Sequence record: OQ420740.1
DNA from: Escherichia phage B9-1
Strand: one strand, 5' to 3'
DNA length: 64,000 bases
The translations under genes were made by a program, and so were the position numbers. Positions 1-9,685 of this stretch are shown in pieces (position 1 is the first letter of the stretch; the number at the start of each line of letters is the position of its first letter). The notes under the pieces are model-generated. The model saw nothing but the letters and a program-made list of their open reading frames with translations, was not told where the DNA came from and searched no databases.

Positions 1-3000
1 AACGGAACGTCGTTGACTGTCCACGAACACCCAGACCCTTGGCCTGATCCTGGAAAACCTCACCCAGGTGCTCGTACACTGAAAATTGTCAGCCATGATG
101 CAGGATATTTCGGAATACGCTGGGAAGCCACAGTAAGATATGCAGACGGGACAACAAACAACATAGGGATTACACTTGGAGGCACCAGTGAAGATAGCTC
201 TCTGAAAATTGCCTACACCCCTAGGGGCATCTCTATTGATAATATGGATGTTGTTCGCAATGGTTACGGCGATGTGAATGTCAAAGTTACTCTTGGCGAA
301 CATCTTGGTGGGGAAAGGATCATCATGTATGCCTTTGATCATGACCCGCGAACCAATGGAACTTATGCAAATCAGGCATGGAGTTACCTGATAAATGCAC
401 CTGAGCCGAATACTAAAGAGTTCTACTACGGTATGAAGCGAGATGTATGCAAGAAAACAGGAACACATGACTGGATTGCTATCTGCGTTAAAGATGAGCG
501 CACAGCTTGGGATGAGCCTGTTAATAGATGGTTCATAGGTATTCCTACCAGAAGCGATAAGTATATCGCAGAATACATTGTGTGCATGGGCGGTACCAAC
601 CTAAATATGTGTTGGAACGAAGATGCAAACAAATACTCTGATTATGACTATATGAGAGATTACTCTTGTAATCAGTGGTTTAACCAATCAACAGGGTATC
701 CTCCACGACAGGCGAGAGTAAACCCTGCAATCTTTACAGATACGCAGGTTTTCTTGACAAAACAGGCCAACGAGGTTCAGACCTTCAAGAACAAATACGA
801 CCCTAACAAGTGGTTTTATAACTGTTATGGCGCATTTTTCTGGGGTCCTGGCGAACTGCCTAATGGAGGATCTTGCTTCGAGGCTGCAACTTACGCCAGT
901 GACAGGTTCATGGGGCAGGTTAAGAAGTACAAGATAATCCCAGGGCCTGAAACTTTAGGCAACGCTGTTGACCCATATATCATCATGACAGCACTAAGAT
1001 CGAACATGGACGGAACATCCATATCTATGCAAGTTCCAGTAACAAACGGGTACAAACGTGTTGTGATGATCATTAAGTGCGACTTAATAGGTAAGCAAGT
1101 TCTTGCAGAAAACGGAACCTCAACACATCTATTCGAGACTGCTCTGCATTATCAGTTTGCTGATTCACCTTTTGCAGGGGATAAGAGAATATCTGATACA
1201 GACAACACTCGATGCAAGAAATTTATGCTTGGTGGTGGATGGTGGTGGTATGAATTTGATTTAACAGACAAATTCACTGACACGTCTAAAGTGGTGACAG
1301 GGCTTCGTCTAGATCTTGGCGAAAACATGCACAAAAGTGTTTGTGATGGCACCTACGGTGACCCAACAATCTACTTAAAGTATGTCTCTTTTGAGCATCC
1401 GGAAGATGTTGTTTACGGTCCAAAACTGAGATTGTTTGGCAGTTGGATTGCAAAAGACAGGGTAGGCATGGGTAAAAAGGTAAGAGGGTTCTTGGTTGAT
1501 GCAGGAACAGAAGACATGCTGGTTAATGCAGTGTGGCCTGAATTACCTGGGACTCAGTGGGATAACTCAGCCAAGTCCATAAACTGGTTCAACATTCACA
1601 GAGCTATGTGGACAACTAACTGCTACCTGTGGAAAGAGTTGAATGACGGCGCTTTCGGGTTTACAGGTGGCAGAAGAATGGCAATCATTTGCTGGACAAC
1701 GCTGCAAAGATGTTATGACCATGACTACGAGATTGGGGGTAGGGCATGGAAAAATATTAGGGATAGAATCATAACTAACTTCGCAGACCCTAATGGTGGT
1801 GGAGCGTATGGCTTCGACTGCAGCAGGCTCATCCATTTGAACGGGTCCTCTGCATATAAGAAAGAGGGTTACTCTGGATCTATGATTGAGTGGGGCCTGG
1901 TGAAAGATGCTCGCGTATTGATGGGTCAACAACTTGCTGCTGCAATAGGACCTAACGCAGTGCAGTCTGTTAAACCAGCGTGGTTCGATATCCCAATATG
2001 GTCATCTGGAACACCAGGAACTGCGGCAATCAACCCTACCACTGGGGATCTGGAAATCTCTTGGGAGGACTTGAAGCAGGTTGGTGGCTGGGATAAGACA
2101 GGCTACCAGGTACAATGGTGGAGATCTGACGGATCGTTAGCGGCTGATGAGTTTGTTAAGGACAATTTCTACACTATGTCCTCTGCAAAAGCACAGCAAT
2201 TGTTTGGTCAGGCAACTCCGTCAACGATCACCATGTCCATGTGCTGTAAAGACAACAGGACTGGAGCCCTGGGACCAAGGGTTGCTAAAGTTTTCTCAGG
2301 TATTAAATGGAATCTCCCTGTTCAAAGTGTTTCATGGAAGCAAATAGGTGATAACAAGCTGCTGGTTACTCCTGCCTGTCAGTTCAACGCAACTCTTAAC
2401 GTTGATCCTGCTGTTGCGGCAAACTCAGCTAAAGCTTCTGACTTCTCTGTGTCTAACACTGCTATGGCAGATGTGAGGAAGATTGATACACTGAATGCCA
2501 GAATTACCTGTAAAAACACTTATGGCACATTCCAGATCATCAACAACTTCACAGATGCTGATTCTAAGGTAGTGAGGACAGCAAGCCAGACTATGCAGTT
2601 GGGAACTCTGGCATACTCTGCCTTGATCACTGAACAATCTCCTACCCTTCAGGGTGGGGGTGTTGGTAAGTTGATCACAACACCTGTGTGGAAGCCAAAT
2701 GAGTGGGTTGTGTTTGATTTGACTGTAGACTTCTCCAGTGACAATAACTGGACATGGGTAAGGAATTGCTTGTCACAGTTGATGGGTGGTCCAAGCTCTG
2801 TTAGTGATAGCCACGACTCTACTGACCCGAGCGTGTTCCAGGTGGGTAAAACTCACCCAGAAACTGGGGCACAGTTGCCTGACAGGAAGTATGCTTTGGT
2901 TTGCATCTCTTACGGAAAAGCAGATGTCACCTTCTCAGGGACGCACACTTATAACGGAACTTACAACTTCTCAAGGAAGTATAGTCTCAAGGCTGGTAAC

Positions 3001-3663
3001 ATTATAGATGAAGTTGGTGCGTTGTATAACCCAGGTAACGGCATAGGGATTGTGGGTGGTAAACTGCAGATGCAGGAACCTTCTATTACCCCTTCCAATG
3101 TGTCTGGGATTAGAAAGACTTGGGAAAGCAGTAATACCAACATTGCAACAGTGGATGCTACCACAGGGCTGGTAACATTTAAAGCCCCTGGTAATGTCAC
3201 TATAAAGTTTGTAGTTACTGATGATGCAGGGCGCAAAACGTCTTCAACATCTTTTACTGTCAAACAGATGACACCACAGTGGAGAATGTGGATAGGTACA
3301 GCAACAAACGGGGCATACCCTAATCCGGCAGGTACTTCTGGTATGAAGACTTTCTCTACAAGCAAACCGATGGAGTACGGCAGCGGTCCTAAGGTAGGGC
3401 AGATGGTGTACTTTGGTGCGTATATTCCTGAAATTATAGGGCTTCCGAGAAGTCAGCTTCAGTTGCTGTTTGGGGCTGGTGTTGACGATCTTGCCACTTT
3501 CGGGTATAGCGACAACATCGAGGCTGCAAGGAGTTCAGGATGGGTAGGGTTCAGAATGGAGTCTGGAAAGGAAGGCAGGATTCTAGGGACAGCCTCTATA
3601 GGTGTTATGTTCCCTGGTGACCAGCAGTATCGTCTGGAAGCCTACGCGACTTTCTCTCTTTAA
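1..3663 (+). CDS. Large virion structural / tail-fibre-like protein with C-terminal Ig-like (Big_2-type) domain; 5' end probably upstream of window
   Basis: Track ORF 13..3663 (1216 aa) with frame open back to position 1; Ig-like segment ITPSNVSGIRKTWESSNTNIATVDATTGLVTFKAPGNVTIKFVVTDDAGRKTSSTSFTV; followed by intrinsic terminator. Confidence 0.6.
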   Translation, partial: NGTSLTVHEHPDPWPDPGKPHPGARTLKIVSHDAGYFGIRWEATVRYADGTTNNIGITLGGTSEDSSLKIAYTPRGISIDNMDVVRNGYGDVNVKVTLGEHLGGERIIMYAFDHDPRTNGTYANQAWSYLINAPEPNTKEFYYGMKRDVCKKTGTHDWIAICVKDERTAWDEPVNRWFIGIPTRSDKYIAEYIVCMGGTNLNMCWNEDANKYSDYDYMRDYSCNQWFNQSTGYPPRQARVNPAIFTDTQVFLTKQANEVQTFKNKYDPNKWFYNCYGAFFWGPGELPNGGSCFEAATYASDRFMGQVKKYKIIPGPETLGNAVDPYIIMTALRSNMDGTSISMQVPVTNGYKRVVMIIKCDLIGKQVLAENGTSTHLFETALHYQFADSPFAGDKRISDTDNTRCKKFMLGGGWWWYEFDLTDKFTDTSKVVTGLRLDLGENMHKSVCDGTYGDPTIYLKYVSFEHPEDVVYGPKLRLFGSWIAKDRVGMGKKVRGFLVDAGTEDMLVNAVWPELPGTQWDNSAKSINWFNIHRAMWTTNCYLWKELNDGAFGFTGGRRMAIICWTTLQRCYDHDYEIGGRAWKNIRDRIITNFADPNGGGAYGFDCSRLIHLNGSSAYKKEGYSGSMIEWGLVKDARVLMGQQLAAAIGPNAVQSVKPAWFDIPIWSSGTPGTAAINPTTGDLEISWEDLKQVGGWDKTGYQVQWWRSDGSLAADEFVKDNFYTMSSAKAQQLFGQATPSTITMSMCCKDNRTGALGPRVAKVFSGIKWNLPVQSVSWKQIGDNKLLVTPACQFNATLNVDPAVAANSAKASDFSVSNTAMADVRKIDTLNARITCKNTYGTFQIINNFTDADSKVVRTASQTMQLGTLAYSALITEQSPTLQGGGVGKLITTPVWKPNEWVVFDLTVDFSSDNNWTWVRNCLSQLMGGPSSVSDSHDSTDPSVFQVGKTHPETGAQLPDRKYALVCISYGKADVTFSGTHTYNGTYNFSRKYSLKAGNIIDEVGALYNPGNGIGIVGGKLQMQEPSITPSNVSGIRKTWESSNTNIATVDATTGLVTFKAPGNVTIKFVVTDDAGRKTSSTSFTVKQMTPQWRMWIGTATNGAYPNPAGTSGMKTFSTSKPMEYGSGPKVGQMVYFGAYIPEIIGLPRSQLQLLFGAGVDDLATFGYSDNIEAARSSGWVGFRMESGKEGRILGTASIGVMFPGDQQYRLEAYATFSL

Positions 3664-3675
3664 CAAGTAGTAGAT

Positions 3676-3706
3676 AAAAAAGGGGCCAAATGGCCCCTTT
3701 CTTTTT
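3676..3706. terminator. Bidirectional intrinsic terminator between convergent genes
   Basis: A-run 3676-3680, hairpin AGGGGCC-aaat-GGCCCCT 3681-3698, T-run 3699-3706; sits between + gene stop (3663) and - gene stop (3711). Confidence 0.75.
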
Positions 3707-3710
3707 ATAG

Positions 3711-3911
3711 TTAGTAATACTCCCAACATGCCCCATCTTCAGACGGCTTGACGCGCTTACCTTTATGGTCAACATAGGTATAGCCACAACCTTCACAAAT
3801 AACAGGTGCTGCATAGCCTTCCTTCCACTGATCCTCAGTGATCAGACCTTCCAAATCTTTGCAGTCAAAGCCAAACAACTCTTCAGAGCAATCTTTACAA
3901 AAATCAGCCAT
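3711..3911 (-). CDS. Small cysteine-rich (CxxC...CxxC zinc-ribbon-like) protein
   Basis: Track ORF 66 aa; CKDCSEE...CEGCGY cysteine pairs. Confidence 0.55.
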   Translation of the reverse strand: MADFCKDCSEELFGFDCKDLEGLITEDQWKEGYAAPVICEGCGYTYVDHKGKRVKPSEDGACWEYY

Positions 3912-3914
3912 TTC

Positions 3915-4397
3915 TCAGTCCTCGCATTTAACAAATTTTTCTACAGATCCACCAAGCACAGCTTGTTGTTTGATGGCACTTTCTTCTTCATAGTGGATAG
4001 ACTTATGTGCCGTACCTCCGAACTTACCTGTGTGGAAGGTGTGCACCCAAATCTCTTTGGGAAGGGATTTATTCTCTTCTTCCACCAATTCCCACATACC
4101 CCACAAGTGATCTGTGATATCTTTGATGAAATACCCCTCGCCGAGGTTTGTATTCACACTATAGGCCGATTCGTGATCTCCACAAATATAACGGAAGGCA
4201 GTGTACTCCTTCCCAGGTGTGAAGTGGGTATCCATCAGTATAGCTGTTAGAGAATTAGGGTCTCGAAAGCCCAAGAACTTTAGTTTAACAATTTCGACGT
4301 TCACACTTGCAAGATTATCCATGACAATCTCCTCTGCTTGGTTGATGAGATAATCATATATAAATCTGGTGTTGATGTCAAGCTTAATTTTAAGCAA
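3915..4397 (-). CDS. Hypothetical protein (160 aa)
   Basis: Track ORF; tightly packed co-directional block; no recognised motif. Confidence 0.6.
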   Translation of the reverse strand: MLKIKLDINTRFIYDYLINQAEEIVMDNLASVNVEIVKLKFLGFRDPNSLTAILMDTHFTPGKEYTAFRYICGDHESAYSVNTNLGEGYFIKDITDHLWGMWELVEEENKSLPKEIWVHTFHTGKFGGTAHKSIHYEEESAIKQQAVLGGSVEKFVKCED

Positions 4398-4485
4398 TTT
4401 GAGAGGGTATTTTATTTAGAAGGGTAATCACACAGAGGCAGGTAGTTTATGAAGGCATAGGCCTCGTTTGAGGCCTTAAAATAGG

Positions 4486-4869
4486 TTACGACGATACCTT
4501 GACAGATTTATCTGATAAAGCTGGGAAACCTAAAGCAGCACCAAGACCGCCATACGCTATCCACCACTGGAGTTCATCGTGGCACCATTTTCCAATCAAG
4601 AAGGTGCTGTAGTAGCGGGTCAGTATCTTGGCATATGCTTTAGGATCTGCATTCTCCGGTATGATAATGCTTGGTGGGCGTTTGTTATGACCACAGCAGC
4701 AGTTTAAGGTCTTCAATCCTGCCGCCCATAGGCTCATGATAGGTTTAGCCATGCACTTATCAAGGCACACACGTTTTTTGCCGTCACGGAGCTTTTTAGG
4801 CACATCAACGATAACATTTGGATGCTTGGCACCTTTCACTTTCCAATTATAAGATTTACACTTGCACAT
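4486..4869 (-). CDS. Hypothetical Cys-rich protein (127 aa)
   Basis: Track ORF; cluster CLDKC...NCCCGHN suggests metal binding; family not recognised. Confidence 0.55.
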   Translation of the reverse strand: MCKCKSYNWKVKGAKHPNVIVDVPKKLRDGKKRVCLDKCMAKPIMSLWAAGLKTLNCCCGHNKRPPSIIIPENADPKAYAKILTRYYSTFLIGKWCHDELQWWIAYGGLGAALGFPALSDKSVKVSS

Positions 4870-4899
4870 TTAGTCAGTCTCCATCTAGAAAGCCATATT

Positions 4900-5070
4900 T
4901 TACTTAAAGTCTTTGTCACCTATTACGATTGCACGAATCCACTCATTGTGATGCTCAATGGATGTAAGGTGTAACATAATGCAGTGATTGTCATTACCAA
5001 ACACGGCTCGATAAGCCTTAGCAGCACCATGATATAACTTCCACATCACGTAATGGTATCTTCGTTTCAT
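4900..5070 (-). CDS. Small hypothetical protein (56 aa)
   Basis: ORF below track cutoff, MKRRYHYVMWKLYHGAAKAYRAVFGNDNHCIMLHLTSIEHHNEWIRAIVIGDKDFK; its ATG overlaps stop of upstream gene (ATGA). Confidence 0.3.
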   Translation of the reverse strand: MKRRYHYVMWKLYHGAAKAYRAVFGNDNHCIMLHLTSIEHHNEWIRAIVIGDKDFK

Positions 5071-5546
5071 GGTTCTTTCTCCGGTTCAGGATCTGGATAA
5101 TCTTCAATAATAAAGGGCCATCCGTTACGCTTAGCGTCAGACTTATACTCAATCTCCTTCATTGCAAACTCTAACTGATTCTTAGCCGGAATGCAAGCTG
5201 GAGAATCATCAACCCAGATGTCTGGGTAGATATCAAACTGCGCCAGATAAGCGGCCTTCTGAACGCCTTCAGTATAAAACACTCCAACATCTAACTCCTT
5301 GCGCCAGTATTCGATGTCCACGTTGTCTTGAGTGATGAATCGGAAAGTCACAAGATAGACTGTCCACCCTTCCTTCTTCAGGTCCTTAATAAGGCGGGAG
5401 AAGATGAAAGGGCTCGCATTAAACGTTCCATCAAAGTCGATAGCAATGATGTGGGTGCCGTGACGAGTCTCATATGGATTGCTCGTGGTGAGATTGCTGT
5501 AGTTGAAAGGTACTTCTTCTCCGCAGTAGCTGTAGTCCATATTCAC
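5067..5546 (-). CDS. HAD-superfamily phosphatase-like protein (possible nucleotidase)
   Basis: Track ORF 159 aa; HAD motif I IIAIDFDGTF and distal acidic motif WVDDSP. Confidence 0.6.
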   Translation of the reverse strand: MNMDYSYCGEEVPFNYSNLTTSNPYETRHGTHIIAIDFDGTFNASPFIFSRLIKDLKKEGWTVYLVTFRFITQDNVDIEYWRKELDVGVFYTEGVQKAAYLAQFDIYPDIWVDDSPACIPAKNQLEFAMKEIEYKSDAKRNGWPFIIEDYPDPEPEKEP

Positions 5547-5818
5547 ACCTTCTCGTTGATAAATTTACGGGCGGTTTGGTGAGTTGTTTCTGCTGTCTTC
5601 AGAATGATATTAATTTTATTGTCAAGATCATTCATCTCAGCAGTTAATTCAGGAATCTCTCCAGCATGCATGGTGAAATCATACATAGACATACCCAGGA
5701 TCTCATTGATTCGGCGGTTGCATTCTGCAGCACGTTGGTTCATTTTCCAAGCTAACACTAGAGCCTCTTGCGTAGCCTCTAGTGCAAAGTCTAATACGTC
5801 AGCTTCTTCTTTCGTCAT
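5543..5818 (-). CDS. Hypothetical protein (91 aa)
   Basis: Track ORF; 4-nt overlap with downstream gene. Confidence 0.55.
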   Translation of the reverse strand: MTKEEADVLDFALEATQEALVLAWKMNQRAAECNRRINEILGMSMYDFTMHAGEIPELTAEMNDLDNKINIILKTAETTHQTARKFINEKV

Positions 5819-5874
5819 CTCAGTCTCTCTTGTTGTATTGTTGATAGGTGTATGAATGCTTTATAACTCACCTT

Positions 5875-6441
5875 TTATTCAAACTGCAATAGCAAATCCA
5901 CTACCGCGCTAGGTCTGTCAACAAACTCACCGGGTCCACATGCCCACAGAGGGTATCCGTCTACATACCGCCAAATCCAACCTGCAGTGTGGAGTTCTAG
6001 CAGGGCAGTACCGTCCTTACTGTCAACCACTCTTTCCCACAGTGTTGGGCAGCGAAGCTTGAGGATCGGATCCCCTCCCTTATACCCATCCATGTAGATA
6101 CCCATTGCAAAGTTCAGCATCATCTTTTTGTGCACTGACCTCTTACTGAGGGTGCTCATCACTTCCTCTTTGTGGATGTTTGTAAGCTTCTCCTTGGCTA
6201 CCTGCAGATCGTTGCAGCCATTGTTCAGAAGATCTTCCAGACACTTGACCCGAAGGTCGTGAATATCTTTGTCGTGCACCGTTGGTACAGGGTCGTAGCG
6301 ATATAGCACTGTTGATACAAGGTTGCTCGGGTGTGGGTCTGACAGCAACCCATAACCCCAATACTCCTCTGTATCTGAAAGGACAAGACACCCAATGTCT
6401 CTGTCAAGCTTTCCTGTGTTGTAAGCCACATTGACCGCCAT
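5875..6441 (-). CDS. Hypothetical protein (188 aa)
   Basis: Track ORF; no recognised motif. Confidence 0.6.
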   Translation of the reverse strand: MAVNVAYNTGKLDRDIGCLVLSDTEEYWGYGLLSDPHPSNLVSTVLYRYDPVPTVHDKDIHDLRVKCLEDLLNNGCNDLQVAKEKLTNIHKEEVMSTLSKRSVHKKMMLNFAMGIYMDGYKGGDPILKLRCPTLWERVVDSKDGTALLELHTAGWIWRYVDGYPLWACGPGEFVDRPSAVVDLLLQFE

Positions 6442-6443
6442 AA

Positions 6444-6689
6444 TTATAGCTCCACTAGCAAAGTGCTCTCAAAATGCCTCTCATGCAGACCACTATAAGG
6501 AACCACTTCCACAACACCGTCGCGGATGTATGGAGTCATCATGGTGACATAATCACCGAACGGGTTGGCATTATCACTAACCACGACCACATGCTGCCCC
6601 TCCTTGGCAGAGTGCCAGATAGATCTGCACTTCATCATGTGTTCGAGAGCGCCAGGTAAAATCTTGTTACGTTCTTTACGGGTCTTCAT
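6444..6689 (-). CDS. Hypothetical protein (81 aa)
   Basis: Track ORF in co-directional block. Confidence 0.5.
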   Translation of the reverse strand: MKTRKERNKILPGALEHMMKCRSIWHSAKEGQHVVVVSDNANPFGDYVTMMTPYIRDGVVEVVPYSGLHERHFESTLLVEL

Positions 6690-7135
6690 AACAGATATAG
6701 CTCCTTATGAAAGTGGGCTTTCAATTTCTCACCGAGAAACTTCTTGATACCTTCCTCTAAAGTGTTTTCGATGTAGTCCAGCTTAACTGCTTCGATAGAC
6801 ATATCATAGATCGCCAGCTCTAAGCTGTCAAGTCCCATCATAGCATGAACCATAAGATTTTCATCTTCAGATACATTCAGGGGACTTCCTATAACATCTG
6901 GAGGCAGAATAGTTTCCCAATTATTCTGGGCGGTAGATCTCCCGCCATCCACCTTACGTCTCAGCTCGAATGTATTCTTAGTGTAGAACACTTCATAAGA
7001 AACGATACGACTGTCACTCTCATAATAGACGAAGTTCAAGTAGGAGCCCAGCCGTAGTCGGCAAACTTCTACCCCAAACCATTGTTTCTTATAAGAATTC
7101 AGGCTAATGCTGTCGCATTCACGTTTGCTCAACAC
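6686..7135 (-). CDS. Hypothetical protein (149 aa)
   Basis: Track ORF; 4-nt overlap with neighbour. Confidence 0.55.
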   Translation of the reverse strand: MLSKRECDSISLNSYKKQWFGVEVCRLRLGSYLNFVYYESDSRIVSYEVFYTKNTFELRRKVDGGRSTAQNNWETILPPDVIGSPLNVSEDENLMVHAMMGLDSLELAIYDMSIEAVKLDYIENTLEEGIKKFLGEKLKAHFHKELYLL

Positions 7136-7151
7136 GGCTCTCTCCTTCTTG

Positions 7152-7385
7152 TTAATCTTCGTAAATAATGATTTCTGCTTTAGGTTTTCGTGCTTTCAGG
7201 TCCAGCTCTATCCAGTGCACCATCGCTGTTTCAAGAAAAACAGCCTGGATGCATCCGTCTTCAGCGTGCCCTACCAGCATAACAAGATCTTCACATTCAT
7301 CATCTGCATCACGGACATACAAGATCTCTCCAGATTCAAAGTCTTTCACAACCTGATTGCTGGATAATTTACGAATTTTTGCCAT
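7152..7385 (-). CDS. Small protein, member of tandem paralogue array (77 aa)
   Basis: Track ORF; shares GEI/GTVV core and acidic C-terminus with next three genes. Confidence 0.5.
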   Translation of the reverse strand: MAKIRKLSSNQVVKDFESGEILYVRDADDECEDLVMLVGHAEDGCIQAVFLETAMVHWIELDLKARKPKAEIIIYED

Positions 7386-7386
7386 A

Positions 7387-7650
7387 TCAGAAACCCTCTA
7401 AAAAGCTCTTGTAGAAAATAATCTCAGTATCCACACCAGTCACGATCTTGTCGTTCCTGATTTCATCTGTAAGATAGGTGTCAAAACGCAGCACCTGTGT
7501 GGTATTGTCACACATCCACTCGGCTGTTACCATGGCAAAAATCTTAGCATCTTCATTATCTGGTGTAAATGTCACCACCTCACCGCATTTAAACTTTTCG
7601 ATAGGTTGCGTGTTAGCTTTTGGTTCTGCAATGGTGATTTTCGTGGTCAT
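7387..7650 (-). CDS. Small protein, tandem paralogue array member (87 aa)
   Basis: Track ORF; CGEVVTF core similar to neighbours. Confidence 0.55.
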   Translation of the reverse strand: MTTKITIAEPKANTQPIEKFKCGEVVTFTPDNEDAKIFAMVTAEWMCDNTTQVLRFDTYLTDEIRNDKIVTGVDTEIIFYKSFLEGF

Positions 7651-7913
7651 TATTCTCCTCCTTCTTTTGAATAGCTTGTCTCTCCAAGGATGGTAATTTT
7701 GGTGTCAAGCTCTGTAACTTTCATGTTTGGTGGCAGATCGTACAACTCATTATTTTCTAAATCGAACCCCCATACACAATGTTCCCCTGTTTTGACAATC
7801 ATAACTATGTTTTGAATGCCGTCTCCGTCACAACTTACCACGGTCCCACATGGAAAACTGTCTGCACGCTTTTTGTTCTTCACTTTAGAATTGAATACAA
7901 TGCTAGTAGCCAT
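7650..7913 (-). CDS. Small protein, tandem paralogue array member (87 aa)
   Basis: Track ORF; MAT..F.S..K.KK...GTVV...FDL...ILGE pattern shared with 7913..8176. Confidence 0.55.
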   Translation of the reverse strand: MATSIVFNSKVKNKKRADSFPCGTVVSCDGDGIQNIVMIVKTGEHCVWGFDLENNELYDLPPNMKVTELDTKITILGETSYSKEGGE

Positions 7914-8176
7914 TATTGTTCCTCCACCATAACTTCGCCAAGAATTTCTATGCAGGCATCCATTTCTGTAACAACCAAGGTGTGAGGTAGTTCTGCAAAC
8001 ACCTTTCTGAACAGGTCAAATACCCCAACATATATGTTTGCAGGATGTGATCTCACAACAAGTGCTGTATTCACATCTCCAAGTTCATCAACAAACATCA
8101 CCACAGTACCTGGAGCTACTGAAGACAGATACTTCTTAGTTTTACGGTTGGATGCAAATTTTAACTCTGTTGCCAT
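7913..8176 (-). CDS. Small protein, tandem paralogue array member (87 aa)
   Basis: Track ORF; clear similarity to 7650..7913. Confidence 0.55.
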   Translation of the reverse strand: MATELKFASNRKTKKYLSSVAPGTVVMFVDELGDVNTALVVRSHPANIYVGVFDLFRKVFAELPHTLVVTEMDACIEILGEVMVEEQ

Positions 8177-8191
8177 AAATAATCTCCTCCT

Positions 8192-9673
8192 TTATTTAAC
8201 GTACTCGATTAATTCCACAGTTCTCCCAAAGCTAGGGATATAATTTTTATTATACCCTTCGGTGAGAACCCATAAAGTATCGTACTTTTTCCACTTGTTG
8301 TCAACAGCCTTTTGTTCAAAGTTATGCTCAAAGTATAGGTCGGTAAGGACGATGACATCTTTTGCATTTGGTATGTTAGCATCCAGATACTCGAACACGC
8401 AGGCGGCTGTTGTGCCCCATGTTGAGTGGACCTCATAGTTGATCATCTCATCGATGTTACCGCGAGTGTATACTTTAACCTCTCCAACCTCGGTTGACCA
8501 ACAGAACATCGTAACCTTAAACTCTTTATACAAATTGCACAACCCGGTGATCTCATTGAACATTTTCTTTAAAGTTCTTTGTGAGATCGATCCAGAAACG
8601 TCTAAAGCCACCACAATATCTATAGTGTTTTCCGGATTACGACCAGGAACAATAACGTGCTGATTCTTGTTTATAGCTCCAACTTTTCGCATTGTGGTGG
8701 TCAAAGACCCAGATCGGCGACCCGGTTTTCTGTAGGTTAACTCAGCCTTCCTTTTAGATAACATACGTTGCTTAATAATATCTATATAATTGATTACAGG
8801 CTTGCCTCTGTTTTTGACAAACTCGCGCACCGCCTCGGGGCAACGACCTCCTGAAGCTTGCATTGCTGCTTCCAACATGTCACCAGAGTCCTGCATGGCC
8901 TGATCTTTATCCGATTGACTGATTACTGGTTGCGGCTGATCATACCCCATAGCCTTTCCAAGATCATCACTAGTGCCACCGTTCCCGCTCATGTGATCAT
9001 CGGTTTGTCGTTTATCTCCTTGGGAGTTCTCTCCTTTACCGTTCTTACTTTTACCGCTATTCTGATCTCTTTGTTTATCAAGAACTGCATAGACGTTCTC
9101 AGCAATCCATCCATGAAACTTCATGTCGCAGTAGCAACTAGCTAAGAAGCCAAAAGGCTTACCTTTTACGAACTCAGTGCTTTTCCCCTTCGGGAAGAAA
9201 ACACAAGGAGGCTTGCTAAAGTCAACCACAAGACCTGTGTTGATAACGTGATCACAAGCAATATTGAACAGTTCCGGCTCAAAGCTTTTACCACGGACCA
9301 GATGATCACAGATAATATGCCCCACCTCATGTGACAGAAGAAAGGCCACCTCTTTCACAGATTTTGGGGAATAGAAAACCTCAGCCATCTCAAACTGCTT
9401 GTCAGTCAGAGATGCTTTAAGAATGGTTTTACGCTCATCTGCCAACCCCATAATGAACTCAGGGCTGTAGTAGATGCGTTTATGGTCTGTTGCCATAGTG
9501 GAGCACCATGTGTGGTTTTCTACGAACTGCAACCCTGACAACAGTGTGCCATAAAACGGCAGCTTTTCAAGAAGGTACATGCGAGCGGCCTGCAGCATTC
9601 GCAAGGCATCATCTTTTTGTGCGGTAATGATTTCTGAACTTCTGCTATCCATTAAAACTCCAGAAGGGGCCAT
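8192..9673 (-). CDS. Putative metallopeptidase (HExxH) fused to von Willebrand factor A domain
   Basis: Track ORF 493 aa; HEVGHIICDH zinc-protease motif; C-terminal VWA MIDAS motif VVALDVSGSIS. Confidence 0.8.
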   Translation of the reverse strand: MAPSGVLMDSRSSEIITAQKDDALRMLQAARMYLLEKLPFYGTLLSGLQFVENHTWCSTMATDHKRIYYSPEFIMGLADERKTILKASLTDKQFEMAEVFYSPKSVKEVAFLLSHEVGHIICDHLVRGKSFEPELFNIACDHVINTGLVVDFSKPPCVFFPKGKSTEFVKGKPFGFLASCYCDMKFHGWIAENVYAVLDKQRDQNSGKSKNGKGENSQGDKRQTDDHMSGNGGTSDDLGKAMGYDQPQPVISQSDKDQAMQDSGDMLEAAMQASGGRCPEAVREFVKNRGKPVINYIDIIKQRMLSKRKAELTYRKPGRRSGSLTTTMRKVGAINKNQHVIVPGRNPENTIDIVVALDVSGSISQRTLKKMFNEITGLCNLYKEFKVTMFCWSTEVGEVKVYTRGNIDEMINYEVHSTWGTTAACVFEYLDANIPNAKDVIVLTDLYFEHNFEQKAVDNKWKKYDTLWVLTEGYNKNYIPSFGRTVELIEYVK

Positions 9674-9685
9674 TGGCCCCTGTCA

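Noticed and set aside
426-3365. Several minus- and plus-strand track ORFs inside the giant 1..3663 gene (426..632, 891..1073, 1152..1352, 1567..1932, 2147..2347, 2425..2637, 2786..3007, 2961..3365)
   Set aside because: Fully nested in or out of frame with a long uninterrupted ORF that carries a recognisable Ig-like domain; typical shadow ORFs.
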